Assembly (NCBI GenBank): GCA_036558745.1
Contig: DATBEZ010000038.1
Span: 1,212 to 65,211 of the forward strand
Direction: 5' to 3'
DNA: 64,000 bases
From: Acidimicrobiia bacterium
GTDB taxonomy: Bacteria; Actinomycetota; Acidimicrobiia; IMCC26256; JAMXLJ01
The notes under the pieces are model-generated. The model saw only the letters and a list, made by a program, of their open reading frames with translations, was not told where the DNA came from and ran no database searches. The translations under genes and the position numbers were made by a program. Every line of letters starts with the position of its first letter. Position 1 is the first letter of the stretch. Positions 45,483 through 54,844 of this stretch are shown here, in pieces.

Positions 45483-46394
45483 ATGGCATCCGATCCCGGC
45501 GACGACGCGCGCGCGACGACGGGTGCGTCGGTCGTGGCGCAGCTCGAAGGCGCCGCGGTCCGGACGCCGGACGCGACGCTGCTCGCGCCGCTGTCCTGGC
45601 GGGTGCGGGCCGGCGAGCACTGGGTCGTGCTCGGACCGAACGGTGCTGGCAAGACCACGCTGCTGTCGTTGCTGGCGGCGCGTCGTCAGCCCAGCGCGGG
45701 ACGGGTGCGATTGCTGGGCGAGGAGCTGGGCCGGGTCGACGTGCGCACCCTGTGGCCGCGGCTCGGACTCGTCGGTCACACCATCGCGGATCGCGTCCCG
45801 CCGCGCGCCCGCGCGGTCGACGTCGTGCGCACCGGACCGACCGGCTCGTTGACCCCGTGGTGGGACAAGCCCGACCGCGAGGCCGAGGCGACGGCGCGCG
45901 CGCTCCTCGCCCGGCTCGGGTGCGGCGCGCTCGCGGACCGCACCCTCGAAACGTGCTCGCAGGGTGAGCGCCAGCGCGTGCTCCTCGCGCGGGCGCTCAC
46001 GGCCCGGCCCGAGCTCCTGCTGCTCGACGAGCCCGCCGCCGGGCTGGACATGCCCGGCCGCGAGGCGCTGCTCGGCGCGCTCGCACACGCGGCGGCCGGC
46101 GGACCCGACGGCGCGCTCAGCGCGACGTCGGTGCTCGTGACCCATCACCTCGAGGAGATCCCGGCGAGCACCACCCACGGGCTGCTCCTCACGCGGGGCG
46201 CGCTCGTCGCCGCGGGTCCGCTCACGGACGTGCTGCGGCCCGCGCCCCTCGAGGACTGCTTCGGCCTCCCCGTGCGCGTCGAACGCCATGCCGGGCGATG
46301 GTTCGCCCGGGCGGATCCTGCGTGGTCGCTCTCCGTGGCCGGGATGAAACGTGTTCCGGAACCGCCCCCGGGCTGTAGTAGAACGGACGCTTGA
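45483..46394 (+). CDS. Stand-alone ABC ATP-binding protein (ModF/YlmA-like)
   Basis: Track ORF. Has GPNGAGKTTLLS, CSQGERQRVLLARAL and LLLLDEPAAGLD. There is no adjacent permease. Confidence 0.8.
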   Translation: MASDPGDDARATTGASVVAQLEGAAVRTPDATLLAPLSWRVRAGEHWVVLGPNGAGKTTLLSLLAARRQPSAGRVRLLGEELGRVDVRTLWPRLGLVGHTIADRVPPRARAVDVVRTGPTGSLTPWWDKPDREAEATARALLARLGCGALADRTLETCSQGERQRVLLARALTARPELLLLDEPAAGLDMPGREALLGALAHAAAGGPDGALSATSVLVTHHLEEIPASTTHGLLLTRGALVAAGPLTDVLRPAPLEDCFGLPVRVERHAGRWFARADPAWSLSVAGMKRVPEPPPGCSRTDA

Positions 46395-46428
46395 CGCGTT
46401 CGTCCTGACGAGCGCGCAGATCCCCGAG

Positions 46429-46755
46429 GTGGCAGCTCCCTTGGACGCGGCAGACACCACGCACGAGGGCTCACGCGCGCGCGACGCCGTGCGGCTCAAC
46501 GGCCCGATCGACCTCGCCAGCGCACCCGACATCGAACGCATGCTGACGCTGCGGGTCGCGACGGCAGAGGGAGCCGTCGCCCTCGACCTGTCCGAGACCG
46601 ACTTCATGGACTCGAGCGGCCTCAGCATGCTGGTGCGCCTCAGGAACAAGGCCCACGCGCGCGGGCTCGCGCTGGTGCTGGTCGACCCGAGTCCGCCCGT
46701 GCGCCGGCTGCTCGAGATCACCCGCGTGGACGGCCTGTTCACCTTCGCGGGCTGA
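46429..46755 (+). CDS. STAS-domain anti-sigma-factor antagonist (SpoIIAA-like)
   Basis: Within track ORF 46351..46755. Reads LNGPIDLASAPDIERML...LDLSETDFMDSSGLSMLVRL...LVLVDPSPPVRRLLEITRVDGLF. The start is uncertain (GTG 46429 chosen). Confidence 0.75.
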   Translation: MAAPLDAADTTHEGSRARDAVRLNGPIDLASAPDIERMLTLRVATAEGAVALDLSETDFMDSSGLSMLVRLRNKAHARGLALVLVDPSPPVRRLLEITRVDGLFTFAG

Positions 46756-46761
46756 GCCGGG

Positions 46762-47904
46762 TCACACCCCGCGGTCGCGGGACGCACCCGCGTAGGTGAC
46801 GAGCCGCGACAGGTCGGATTCGGTGACGACACCCACCGGCCGAGCGCCGTCCAGCACGAGCACCGCGGGAGGCACGTCGACGTTCGCGAACGCGTCGAGC
46901 AGGGCGGGCGCAGGATCCGGCGGCGCGACCGTCGGCACCTGCGCGATCGGTGTGGCGACCTGGGCGACCGTCGTCGTCGCGCGTGCGGCGGCAGGCAGCG
47001 CGCGCACCCGCTCCAGCGTCACGAGGCCGATCACGTTGCCTGCGCCGTCGACGACCGGGAACGCGAGGTCACGGTGCACGAGGAGGTAATGGTCGACGAA
47101 GTCACGCGCGGTGACCCAACCGGGAACCGGCGTCGGGTTCGGTGTCATCACGTCGGCAACCCGACGGCCGTGCAGCACGTCCTGCAACCGGGCGCGCGCC
47201 TCCTCGGCGCGCGCGGACGTGATCAGGAACCAGCCGAGCAGCGCGAGCCAGAGCCCACCGCCGATCCCGCTGCCGAAGCCGAACTCGACGAACCCGAGCC
47301 CCACCAGCACCCAGCCGAGGACCTGCCCGGCGCGGCTCGACGTCTCCGTCGCGCGGAGGCGGTCGCCGTGGCGCCACCAGAGGAACGCGTGGAGCAGCCG
47401 GCCGCCGTCGAGCGGCGCGCCCGGCAAGGCGTTGAACACCGCGAGCACGACGTTGATGAGTCCGAGCCACCACAGGACGGCCACGACGAGGCGTGACGCG
47501 TCGAGCGCGTCGAGCCCGAGCGCGAGCCCCCCGAGCGCGATCCCGATCACCAGGCTCGTGAGCGGTCCCGCGCCCGTGATGCGTAGCTCCGCTGCCGGCG
47601 TGGGCGCGTCGTCGTGCATCCGGGTCATGCCGCCGAGCATCCACAGCGTGATCCCGTCGACCTCGACGCCCTCGTGGCGGGCGACGACCGCGTGGGCCAC
47701 CTCGTGGGCGAGGACCGCGGCGAGGAAGAGCACGGCGGTCACGACTCCGGCGAGGACATGGGCGGCGACCGGGTAGTGCGGTGCCTCGTCCGGGAAGCGG
47801 CCGGCGGCGAGGCCCGCCGCGAGCAGCACCACCACGACGAGCAGGCTCCAGTGGAGCCCGATCTCGACGCCGGCGATGCGGCCGAGCCGAACACTGTTCT
47901 TCAT
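46762..47904 (-). CDS. Site-2 protease family (M50) zinc metalloprotease with C-terminal CBS pair
   Basis: ATG 47904 in track ORF 46762..48477(-). Has HEVAHAVVAR, a second ligand region NALPGAPLDGG and a CBS-like tail (VADVMTPNP...AFPVVDGAGNVIGLVT). Confidence 0.85.
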   Translation of the reverse strand: MKNSVRLGRIAGVEIGLHWSLLVVVVLLAAGLAAGRFPDEAPHYPVAAHVLAGVVTAVLFLAAVLAHEVAHAVVARHEGVEVDGITLWMLGGMTRMHDDAPTPAAELRITGAGPLTSLVIGIALGGLALGLDALDASRLVVAVLWWLGLINVVLAVFNALPGAPLDGGRLLHAFLWWRHGDRLRATETSSRAGQVLGWVLVGLGFVEFGFGSGIGGGLWLALLGWFLITSARAEEARARLQDVLHGRRVADVMTPNPTPVPGWVTARDFVDHYLLVHRDLAFPVVDGAGNVIGLVTLERVRALPAAARATTTVAQVATPIAQVPTVAPPDPAPALLDAFANVDVPPAVLVLDGARPVGVVTESDLSRLVTYAGASRDRGV

Positions 47905-48085
47905 GACACCGTCCCGGTGGGCGACGCGCGTGCGCGTGGCTCTCCACGATCGCGCGTGTGGCGACGCCTGCGAAGGCCGGCTCCCGGGCGCTTCCCGGTT
48001 CGGGACGGTGACGTCCGACTGCTCCAGCGGGCGGCCCATCCTGCCGATCTGACAGGGATCGCACCGCTGCACGTCGAGGACCAGA

Positions 48086-48712
48086 ATGACCCGCCCGCCC
48101 GACCCGAATCCCGTGCCCGGCCTCCCGTCCGGCACCCGTCGGGCCGCCGCCCTGCGCACCGCGGGCCGTGCCCTGCTGCTCGTGCTCGCGTCGGCGCTGG
48201 TCGCGGGCGTCGCGGCACGGGAGCTGCGCCCGCCGCCGTCGCCGCACCCGCGCGTGTACGGCGCCGCGCTCGCCGAGCCCGGGCCGACGGGGCGGCGCTG
48301 CCCCGACGCGCTCGACGCGGCATGCGCCCGCGCGGTGGGCACCCGGGTCGGGGTGACCGTCGCGTGGCTGCCCGACGGCGACGGCTGGCGGGGCGCGGGG
48401 ATGCAGTCCGGGGGCTCGGGTGCACACGGTTGGGCGACCCAGACGCTGCGCACCGAGCACGCCACGCTGACCCTCACGTCGAACTCCCCCGCGGCCGAGG
48501 TCGGCGAGCCGGCCTCCGTTCCCGGCGCGACCGGCCTGACCGTCCGTGTCGCGGACGGCGGCGAGCGCGTGCAGCTGGTGTGGTCCCGGAGCGGTACGCG
48601 CTACGTCGCCGATGCCCGTGCCGACGGGCCCGCGACCCTGGGCGAGCTCGGCGCGCTGGTCGACACCTGGCATCGCATCCGGTACGCGAGCCCGGTGACC
48701 GGCTGGTCCTGA
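48086..48712 (+). CDS. Hypothetical membrane-anchored/secreted protein
   Basis: Track ORF. ATG lies 6 nt after GAGGA and the N-terminal anchor is ALLLVLASALVAGVAA. No recognisable domain. Confidence 0.5.
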   Translation: MTRPPDPNPVPGLPSGTRRAAALRTAGRALLLVLASALVAGVAARELRPPPSPHPRVYGAALAEPGPTGRRCPDALDAACARAVGTRVGVTVAWLPDGDGWRGAGMQSGGSGAHGWATQTLRTEHATLTLTSNSPAAEVGEPASVPGATGLTVRVADGGERVQLVWSRSGTRYVADARADGPATLGELGALVDTWHRIRYASPVTGWS

Positions 48713-48749
48713 CGCACCGGGCGCGCGACGGCGCTTCGTCGTCGCCGGC

Positions 48750-49310
48750 TCAGCCGTGCTGCAACTCGGGTCCGAGACGCTCGTACGCGTCGCGCACGAT
48801 GCGGGCGTGGTCGAACGCGAGCCTGACGTGACCAGCCGACGCGGGGTCGAGCGCGAGGTCGCGAACCGGGATCACCTCGGCCCGTGCCGCGTCCGAGCCG
48901 GCCGTCGGCGTTGGTGCGCCCGCGACCACACCGGCGAAGACGACCGAGACCGTGCGCTGGCGCGGGTCGCGACCCACGTCCCCGTACGCGCCCAGCTGCG
49001 CGAAGTGCGCGCTCCACGCCTCGGCACCGATGTCCACGCCCGTCTCTTCGAGCAGCTCGCGACGGGCGGCGGCGTCGAGGGTCGCGTCACCGGGGTCGAG
49101 GAAGCCGCCGGGCAGTGCCCACGACCCGCGGAACGGATGGCCGCCGCGCTCGACGAGCAGCACGGCCGGACCGTCGTCACCCACGCTCAAGACGACGATG
49201 TCGACGGTCACCGCGGTCTGCTCGTAGCTCGTGGGGTCGTAGGTGGCCAGGAACCGCGCCTCGTCGTCGTCCTCCGCGTCGTGAGCGTCGTGGCGTCCCG
49301 GGTCGGGCAC
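48750..49310 (-). CDS. Nudix-fold protein, NrtR-like N-terminal half (no DNA-binding domain visible)
   Basis: Track ORF. Has a Nudix box-like GGFLDPGDATLDAAARRELLEETGV (Glu replaced by Asp, one extra residue) and ends soon after LAFDHARIVRDAYERL. It lies directly upstream of pncA-pncB. Confidence 0.7.
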   Translation of the reverse strand: MPDPGRHDAHDAEDDDEARFLATYDPTSYEQTAVTVDIVVLSVGDDGPAVLLVERGGHPFRGSWALPGGFLDPGDATLDAAARRELLEETGVDIGAEAWSAHFAQLGAYGDVGRDPRQRTVSVVFAGVVAGAPTPTAGSDAARAEVIPVRDLALDPASAGHVRLAFDHARIVRDAYERLGPELQHG

Positions 49311-49316
49311 GGGCGC

Positions 49317-49928
49317 TCAGACCAGGTCGCCGAGGCCCGGTGCGAGCTGCACGCCTGCCGCCTTCATGCGGCCGATCGCCGCCGCCGTGGTCTCGGGCGT
49401 CAGGCCCGCGATCGCACCCCGCAGCACCCGGGTCGCATACCCGTGGCGCACGCCGTCGAGCGCGGTCTCGGTGACGCAGAGCTCGGCGGGCATGCCCACC
49501 ACGTCGATGGCCGTGATCCGGTGTCGCCCGAGCCAGCCGTCGAGGGGCTCGCCCGTGTGGTGCTCGATCGACTCGAACCCCGACGCCGCGCCGCCGTGGT
49601 GGCCCTTGTCGAACACGGCGTCGAACTCGAGCTCCTCGACCGTCGCGTGCAGGCGCGCCCCCTGGGTGTCCGCGATGCAGTGCGGCGGCCAGCTCGTCTC
49701 GAAGTCGGGAGGCGTGCCCGGCGCCGCGAAGTGCGACCCGGGATCGACGTGCCAGTCGCGTGTCGCCACGACCGCCTCGTACTCGGCCTCCTGCGCGAGC
49801 AACGCGATCGCGGCGGCGACGTCGTTGCCACCGCGAAGCGCCGCCGCGCCGCCTTCGCAGAGATCACGCTGGACGTCGACGACGATCAACGCCCGCCGTT
49901 CGTCGTCAGGGATCACGTCGTGCGCCAT
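49317..49928 (-). CDS. pncA: Nicotinamidase/pyrazinamidase (isochorismatase family)
   Basis: ATG 49928 in track ORF 49317..50093(-). Reads LIVVDVQRDLCEGGA, the metal site TRDWHVDPGSHF and the Cys region GMPAELCVTETA. Confidence 0.8.
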   Translation of the reverse strand: MAHDVIPDDERRALIVVDVQRDLCEGGAAALRGGNDVAAAIALLAQEAEYEAVVATRDWHVDPGSHFAAPGTPPDFETSWPPHCIADTQGARLHATVEELEFDAVFDKGHHGGAASGFESIEHHTGEPLDGWLGRHRITAIDVVGMPAELCVTETALDGVRHGYATRVLRGAIAGLTPETTAAAIGRMKAAGVQLAPGLGDLV

Positions 49929-49977
49929 GTCGCCCCACTTCCGGTCACACCGGTCACCGTCGGCTACCTCTCCCCCG

Positions 49978-51282
49978 TCAGACCACTGTCGCGACGAGCG
50001 CCGGACCCGTCGCATCCGCGCGCCGAGCCGACGGCGCCAGCTCCGCGCGCGCCGCGATCGCGTGCGCGCGTGTCTCGTCGAGACTCGCCACATCGACCGG
50101 CTCGCCGTCTTCCATCAAGCGCGTCTGCAGCGGCCGTCCCGCAACGTCGCGGTCGTCGACCACGAGATGCTCGGCCGTCGCGTACCCGTCGGGTCCCGGG
50201 ACACGGAACGCGCGCTTCGGGCACGCGGTCGTCGCCTTTCCGGTCGAGCGCTTCGCGACGGGACGCAGGCGCGCGTCGTGGCTCGCGCGGCCCGACACCG
50301 CGACGAGCTTGTAGACGAACCCGGGTGTGGGTGCGAGCACGACTCGCGTCCCGACCATGAACGCGTCGGCGGGCACCGACGCGAGACGATCGATCGCGTG
50401 CTCGTCGAGGTCGCCCGAGACCACGATGCGCGCGGCCCGGGCCCCGAGCTCGTCGAGGAGGAGCCGGGCCCGGGGCACCTCGACCAGCGGGTCGCCGGAG
50501 TCGATGCGGACGGCGCCCAGGCCGGGGCCCGCGACCTCCACCGCGGCCCGGATGCCCTGGGCGATGTCGAACGTGTCGACCAGCAGGGTCGTCCCCGGTC
50601 CCTGGGCCGCCACCTGGGCCGCGAACGCCTCCCGCTCGGAGTCGTAGGCCAGCACGAACGCGTGGGCCGCGGTGCCGGCGGTCGGGAGCCCGTAGCGGGC
50701 GGCCGCCTCGAGGTTCGACGTCGACGCGAAGCCCGCGAGGTACGCGGCTCGGGCGGCCGCGACGGCAGCTTCCTCGTGCGTGCGACGTCCGCCGCCCTCG
50801 ATGAGCGGGCGCCCCGCGGCGGCGTCGACCATGCGGCTCGCACCGGACGCGACCGCGCTGTCGTGGTTCAGGATCGAGAGGAGCAACGTCTCGAGCACGA
50901 CCGCGTCACCGAACGACGCCTCGACGCTGAGCACGGGCGAGAACGGGAAGAACATCTCGCCCTCCCGGTACGCGTCGACGCGTCCGGAGAACCGGTACGA
51001 CGCGAGGCGGTCGATGGTCGCCGCGCGCAGCATTCCCGTCGCGACGAGGTAGTCGAGCTGCGCGTCGTCGAAGCGAAAGCGCGCGAGCGCGTCGGCAAGA
51101 CGACCGGTGCCCGCGAACACGCCGTACCCGTAACCGCGCGGGAGCGCGCGGGCGAAGACCTCGAACACGGCCGGAAGGTCGGCGACACCGGAGTCGAGCG
51201 CGGCATCGAGCATGGTGAGCTCGTACGCGTCGGTGTGCAGGCCGAGCGCGCTGAGATCCGTTCGCGTTCCGCCCGACGCCAC
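49978..51282 (-). CDS. pncB: Nicotinate phosphoribosyltransferase
   Basis: Track ORF. Reads LHTDAYELTMLDAAL, GGGRRTHE, TAAHAFVLAY, LLVDTFD and VRIDSGD. Confidence 0.9.
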   Translation of the reverse strand: MASGGTRTDLSALGLHTDAYELTMLDAALDSGVADLPAVFEVFARALPRGYGYGVFAGTGRLADALARFRFDDAQLDYLVATGMLRAATIDRLASYRFSGRVDAYREGEMFFPFSPVLSVEASFGDAVVLETLLLSILNHDSAVASGASRMVDAAAGRPLIEGGGRRTHEEAAVAAARAAYLAGFASTSNLEAAARYGLPTAGTAAHAFVLAYDSEREAFAAQVAAQGPGTTLLVDTFDIAQGIRAAVEVAGPGLGAVRIDSGDPLVEVPRARLLLDELGARAARIVVSGDLDEHAIDRLASVPADAFMVGTRVVLAPTPGFVYKLVAVSGRASHDARLRPVAKRSTGKATTACPKRAFRVPGPDGYATAEHLVVDDRDVAGRPLQTRLMEDGEPVDVASLDETRAHAIAARAELAPSARRADATGPALVATVV

Positions 51283-51348
51283 ACGCGCAATATAGGTCGG
51301 GAGGTCGGCCGTCGCCCCGGGCGGCGAGCCCGCGCCGACGACGCTCGG

Positions 51349-52041
51349 TCAGTGCAGGTCGGCGTAGTGCTGGCGGAACGCGTCCAGACCGATCTCGCCG
51401 GTGGCTCGCGACCCGACCTTGCCCTGCGAGTCGACGAAGATGAAGTACGGGAACGCCTGCGTGTTGACCGCCGCGGCCGCGGTGCCCTCCTTGTCGTCGA
51501 GGATCACCGGCGCCTTGGCCGCCGGCCAGTGCAGCGTGTTGTTGATCCAGTCACCCGGCGGCCAGTGCGGCGCGTTGGGTTGTTGCGAGGTGACGACCAG
51601 CGTGAGCTTGATGTCGCCGAGCGCGCCCGAAGCGAGCGCTCGCGCCAGCGGCGGCAGCTCGTTGTTGCAGTGCGGGCACCACGGCGCGCCCACCACGATG
51701 ACCTGCTTGCCGCCCGTCGGCGAGACGGTCACCGGGGCGCGGTCGGGCGACTCACCCGTGATCGTCGGGATGGGGTCGCCGTCGCCGGTGGCCGCGTTGG
51801 ACTCGTCGAAGGGCTGGAGCTGCGAGCCGGAGACGCTGACCTTGCCGTAGTCGAGGAGCACCTGACCGTTGGCACCTTTCGCCTGCTTGGTGTTGGATCC
51901 TCCCCCGGCCGCGAAGGCGGCAACCGCCGCGATCCCCACGACGACGATCACGCCGAGTGCGACGTACAGGCCGGTGGGGCGCCGGCGCGGGCTGCGGTTC
52001 TTGGTCGCGGGTCGCTTCCGCGGCGGGGGTCGTCGGCTCAC
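51349..52041 (-). CDS. Membrane-anchored TlpA/ResA-like thioredoxin-fold thiol:disulfide oxidoreductase
   Basis: GTG 52041 in a GTGA overlap with the upstream stop, in the frame of track ORF 51349..52665(-). Has the TM anchor LYVALGVIVVVGIAAVAAFAA and the active site GAPWCPHCNNE. Confidence 0.8.
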   Translation of the reverse strand: MSRRPPPRKRPATKNRSPRRRPTGLYVALGVIVVVGIAAVAAFAAGGGSNTKQAKGANGQVLLDYGKVSVSGSQLQPFDESNAATGDGDPIPTITGESPDRAPVTVSPTGGKQVIVVGAPWCPHCNNELPPLARALASGALGDIKLTLVVTSQQPNAPHWPPGDWINNTLHWPAAKAPVILDDKEGTAAAAVNTQAFPYFIFVDSQGKVGSRATGEIGLDAFRQHYADLH

Positions 52042-52631
52042 GAGCCGCTCCGTTCCATGGCCGGTGCGCGACCGGCCGGCTCGACCGACGGGAGCGGCGC
52101 CTCGTCGGCCCCGAGCGCGTCCGGGTCGGCGACGAGGGTGAACACGATGATGGCGACGAACCCGCACATGGCCATGAACGGGATCGTGACGAACCCGAAG
52201 TGCTCCACCCAGCGGATGTTGCACGGGTTGGTGATCTCGCACGCGCCTTCGCCGAAGTTCAGGTGCTCGACGCCGAGGTGCCACAAGGAGATGAGCAGGC
52301 CACCGGTCGCGAGCGGCAGCGCGTACCAGCGCACACTCGCATCGCGACGGAGCGCGGCGACGACGAGCACCACCGCGAGCGAGTACATCGCGATGCGCTG
52401 GTACCAGCACAGGCGACACGGCGGGAAGTGCGCGCCCTCCGAGAGGTAGAGACTGCCGGCGGTCGCGATCACGGCGATCGTCGCTGCGAGGGCGAGGGCG
52501 CTGCGCCGCAGCATCACCCCGAACGCTCCCTCGCGTGCGCGGCCGACCAGCACCACGGCCGTCACGATCGCCCCGGCGAGCGCGATGAGCGCGAGCAACG
52601 ACAGGAACGTCGTCACGGCTCGTACGGACAT
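52038..52631 (-). CDS. DsbB/BdbC-family disulfide bond formation membrane protein
   Basis: ATG 52631 behind GAGGGAG in track ORF 52038..52841(-). Has PPCRLCWYQRIAMY (CxxC-QR motif), a second Cys pair EGACEITNPC and four hydrophobic spans. Confidence 0.8.
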   Translation of the reverse strand: MSVRAVTTFLSLLALIALAGAIVTAVVLVGRAREGAFGVMLRRSALALAATIAVIATAGSLYLSEGAHFPPCRLCWYQRIAMYSLAVVLVVAALRRDASVRWYALPLATGGLLISLWHLGVEHLNFGEGACEITNPCNIRWVEHFGFVTIPFMAMCGFVAIIVFTLVADPDALGADEAPLPSVEPAGRAPAMERSGS

Positions 52632-52777
52632 CCGCGCTCCCTCGATCGGTTCGCCGGAGTGCCATCGTCGCGCGCGACCGGTGTCACCCCGTGCGCGTGC
52701 CCCGGCGCGCCACTCCCCGCGCGTGAGCACCCGGCCGGGTACGACGCGGCGCACTCCTCGGGCAGGGCGGGCGTGGC

Positions 52778-53464
52778 TCAGTTCGGCTGGGCGCCGAGCA
52801 CGTAGTTCGCCGGTGGCAGCACGGTGACCGTTGCGCGCCACCCGATCGCAGCCAAGCGGGCTTCCAGGTCTCGGGGTGCGTACGCCACCTTGACGATCGT
52901 GAATTCGCGGCCGTCGGGAAGCCGCCTCTGTTCGCCACCGCCCGTGGGATCTTCGGCGAACCGCACGGTGCCCTCATCGTCCCGTATGCCGTCGTCGACC
53001 ATGACGACGTGCCCTCCGGGAGCAAGCGCGTCCCGCACCATCGACCAGAACGGCTGGAAGCGACCGGCCGGGACGTGCGACAGCCAGTATCCGGCGAAGA
53101 TCAGGTCGTAGCGATCGTCCGGCTGATACTCGAAGAGGTCCGCGACGACGTAGTCGACTCGTTCCTTGCCGTGACGCGAACGACTGACCTCGTGCAGTTC
53201 GGCGGAGATGTCGATCGCCGTGACGTGCTGGCAGACGTCGAGCAGCGGTCCGGTCCACCGGCCCGGGCCCGACCCGAGCTCGAGACATCGGGCGCTCGGC
53301 GGGCAATGGGTCTGCACGATCGCTTCGAGTGCAGGGTCTTCGAAGTACGCGCGCAGCAGTTCCTGCACCCCGGGGTCTTCCCGACCCGGAGGCCCTTGGA
53401 GCGCGTGCGCGCGGTAGAACTCGATCTGGTCGCGGATGCGTGCCTGATCGTCGCCATCCGTCAT
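52778..53464 (-). CDS. Class I SAM-dependent methyltransferase
   Basis: ATG 53464 in track ORF 52778..53713(-). Has motif I CLELGSGPGRWT, YDLIFAGYWLSHV and LAPGGHVVMVD. Confidence 0.85.
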   Translation of the reverse strand: MTDGDDQARIRDQIEFYRAHALQGPPGREDPGVQELLRAYFEDPALEAIVQTHCPPSARCLELGSGPGRWTGPLLDVCQHVTAIDISAELHEVSRSRHGKERVDYVVADLFEYQPDDRYDLIFAGYWLSHVPAGRFQPFWSMVRDALAPGGHVVMVDDGIRDDEGTVRFAEDPTGGGEQRRLPDGREFTIVKVAYAPRDLEARLAAIGWRATVTVLPPANYVLGAQPN

Positions 53465-53603
53465 GCGCGGAGCGTACGAGTGAGACGACCGACCCTCCAG
53501 TCCGCCGGGACGCTCGAGCCGGCCCACGACCGGCCCGAGCCGGAGCGACCGGTCTCGTGCCAAGATGTCGCGCCGGCGCAGGTGACGAGGGGGGACGCTT
53601 GCG

Positions 53604-54797
53604 ATGAAGGTACCGATTCGGGCGCGACGCCTCCGGGTGCGCGCCGCGCTGATCGTGGTCGTCACGGCGGCCGCGCTGTTCTCGACCGCCACCGCCGCGA
53701 CGGCGGACGGCAACCACGGGCGCGACGGGCATCACGACCGTGGGCACGAGACGTCGGCCATCGTGTTCAACGGCGAGGGCAACAACCTCAACGCGTACAC
53801 GCCGACGCCGCCGTTCCGGAAGCAGACGGTGATCCACACGCGCGCCGACGACCCGAGGGGTCTCGACATCAACGGGCAGATCTGCTTCTTCCCCGACGGG
53901 TCACGCCGCTTCGTGGCCGGTGAGGACACCGGGCAGCCGAACCCGCCGCAGGGTTGGGGCATCTTCCAGCTCCACGGCGACCGGGTGGGCTCGCTCTCCG
54001 CGACGGAGGTCGCGAAGCTCACGCCGACGTACCAGCCGTCGGTCGACAACGCGGAGAACTACGGCTGCGGGTTCCTGAGCCACGGTCGCGTGCTCACGAC
54101 CGACGTGGGCAACCAGGCGACCGGCACCGGCGACGGGCAGCTCATCGTGTGGTTCCCGCCCTTCCGCTTCGGCGCGAACCACTACTGCAAGGTCGCGACC
54201 GACATCGCGACCGCGGGCGGCATCCACGTCGACGGGCACGACCGCGTGTACGTCGCGTCCGCGCGCGCACCGACGGCCGGCATCTGGCGCTACACCGATC
54301 TGCCGACGTCCGACACCGCGGCGGGTGGCTGCGGTGCGAAGGACGCGACCGGCGCGCCGCTCGCAACGTCGGTCCACCGCTCCCTGTTCATCACCGCCGA
54401 CCCGCACGCGGCCACACCGAACGCGATCGTCGCGTCGGGTCACGGCACGTTCTACGTGTCGAGCGTCTTCACCGGGACGATCGCCGAGTACGATCGCCGC
54501 GGGACGTTCCTGCGCACGATCCTCGCCCCCCCGGCGGGTGACATGCTCGGCGCGAAGCCGTACTCGACCGGGACCCCGCTCGGCATCGGCGTCGGACCCG
54601 ACGGCTCGATCTACTACGCCGACATCGGGATCGTCATCAGCAGCGGCGGCATCGGTCCCGGGAACGACACCGGCACGGTGCGTCGGATCCGGTTCGTGCA
54701 CGGCGTGCCGCAGGCCCCGCAGACCATGGACACCGCGCTCGCGTTCCCCGACGGCATCGGCATCCTCACCCCGCGCGCCCACCAGGACAACGACTGA
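53604..54797 (+). CDS. Secreted protein with His-rich N-terminal stretch and NHL/SMP-30-like beta-propeller repeats
   Basis: Track ORF. Has the signal-like RVRAALIVVVTAAALFSTATAATA, then DGNHGRDGHHDRGHE. Repeats such as GIHVDGHDRVYVAS and GIGVGPDGSIYYADIG follow. Confidence 0.65.
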   Translation: MKVPIRARRLRVRAALIVVVTAAALFSTATAATADGNHGRDGHHDRGHETSAIVFNGEGNNLNAYTPTPPFRKQTVIHTRADDPRGLDINGQICFFPDGSRRFVAGEDTGQPNPPQGWGIFQLHGDRVGSLSATEVAKLTPTYQPSVDNAENYGCGFLSHGRVLTTDVGNQATGTGDGQLIVWFPPFRFGANHYCKVATDIATAGGIHVDGHDRVYVASARAPTAGIWRYTDLPTSDTAAGGCGAKDATGAPLATSVHRSLFITADPHAATPNAIVASGHGTFYVSSVFTGTIAEYDRRGTFLRTILAPPAGDMLGAKPYSTGTPLGIGVGPDGSIYYADIGIVISSGGIGPGNDTGTVRRIRFVHGVPQAPQTMDTALAFPDGIGILTPRAHQDND

Positions 54798-54844
54798 CGG
54801 GACGGCACCACACTCCGACCACACCCTCACCCCACCCGCGCCAG

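Noticed and set aside
49366-52449. 1027-aa plus-strand ORF across the pncA/pncB/TlpA/DsbB region
   Set aside because: It is antisense to four well-supported minus-strand genes and its translation is low-complexity Arg/Ser/Ala-rich.
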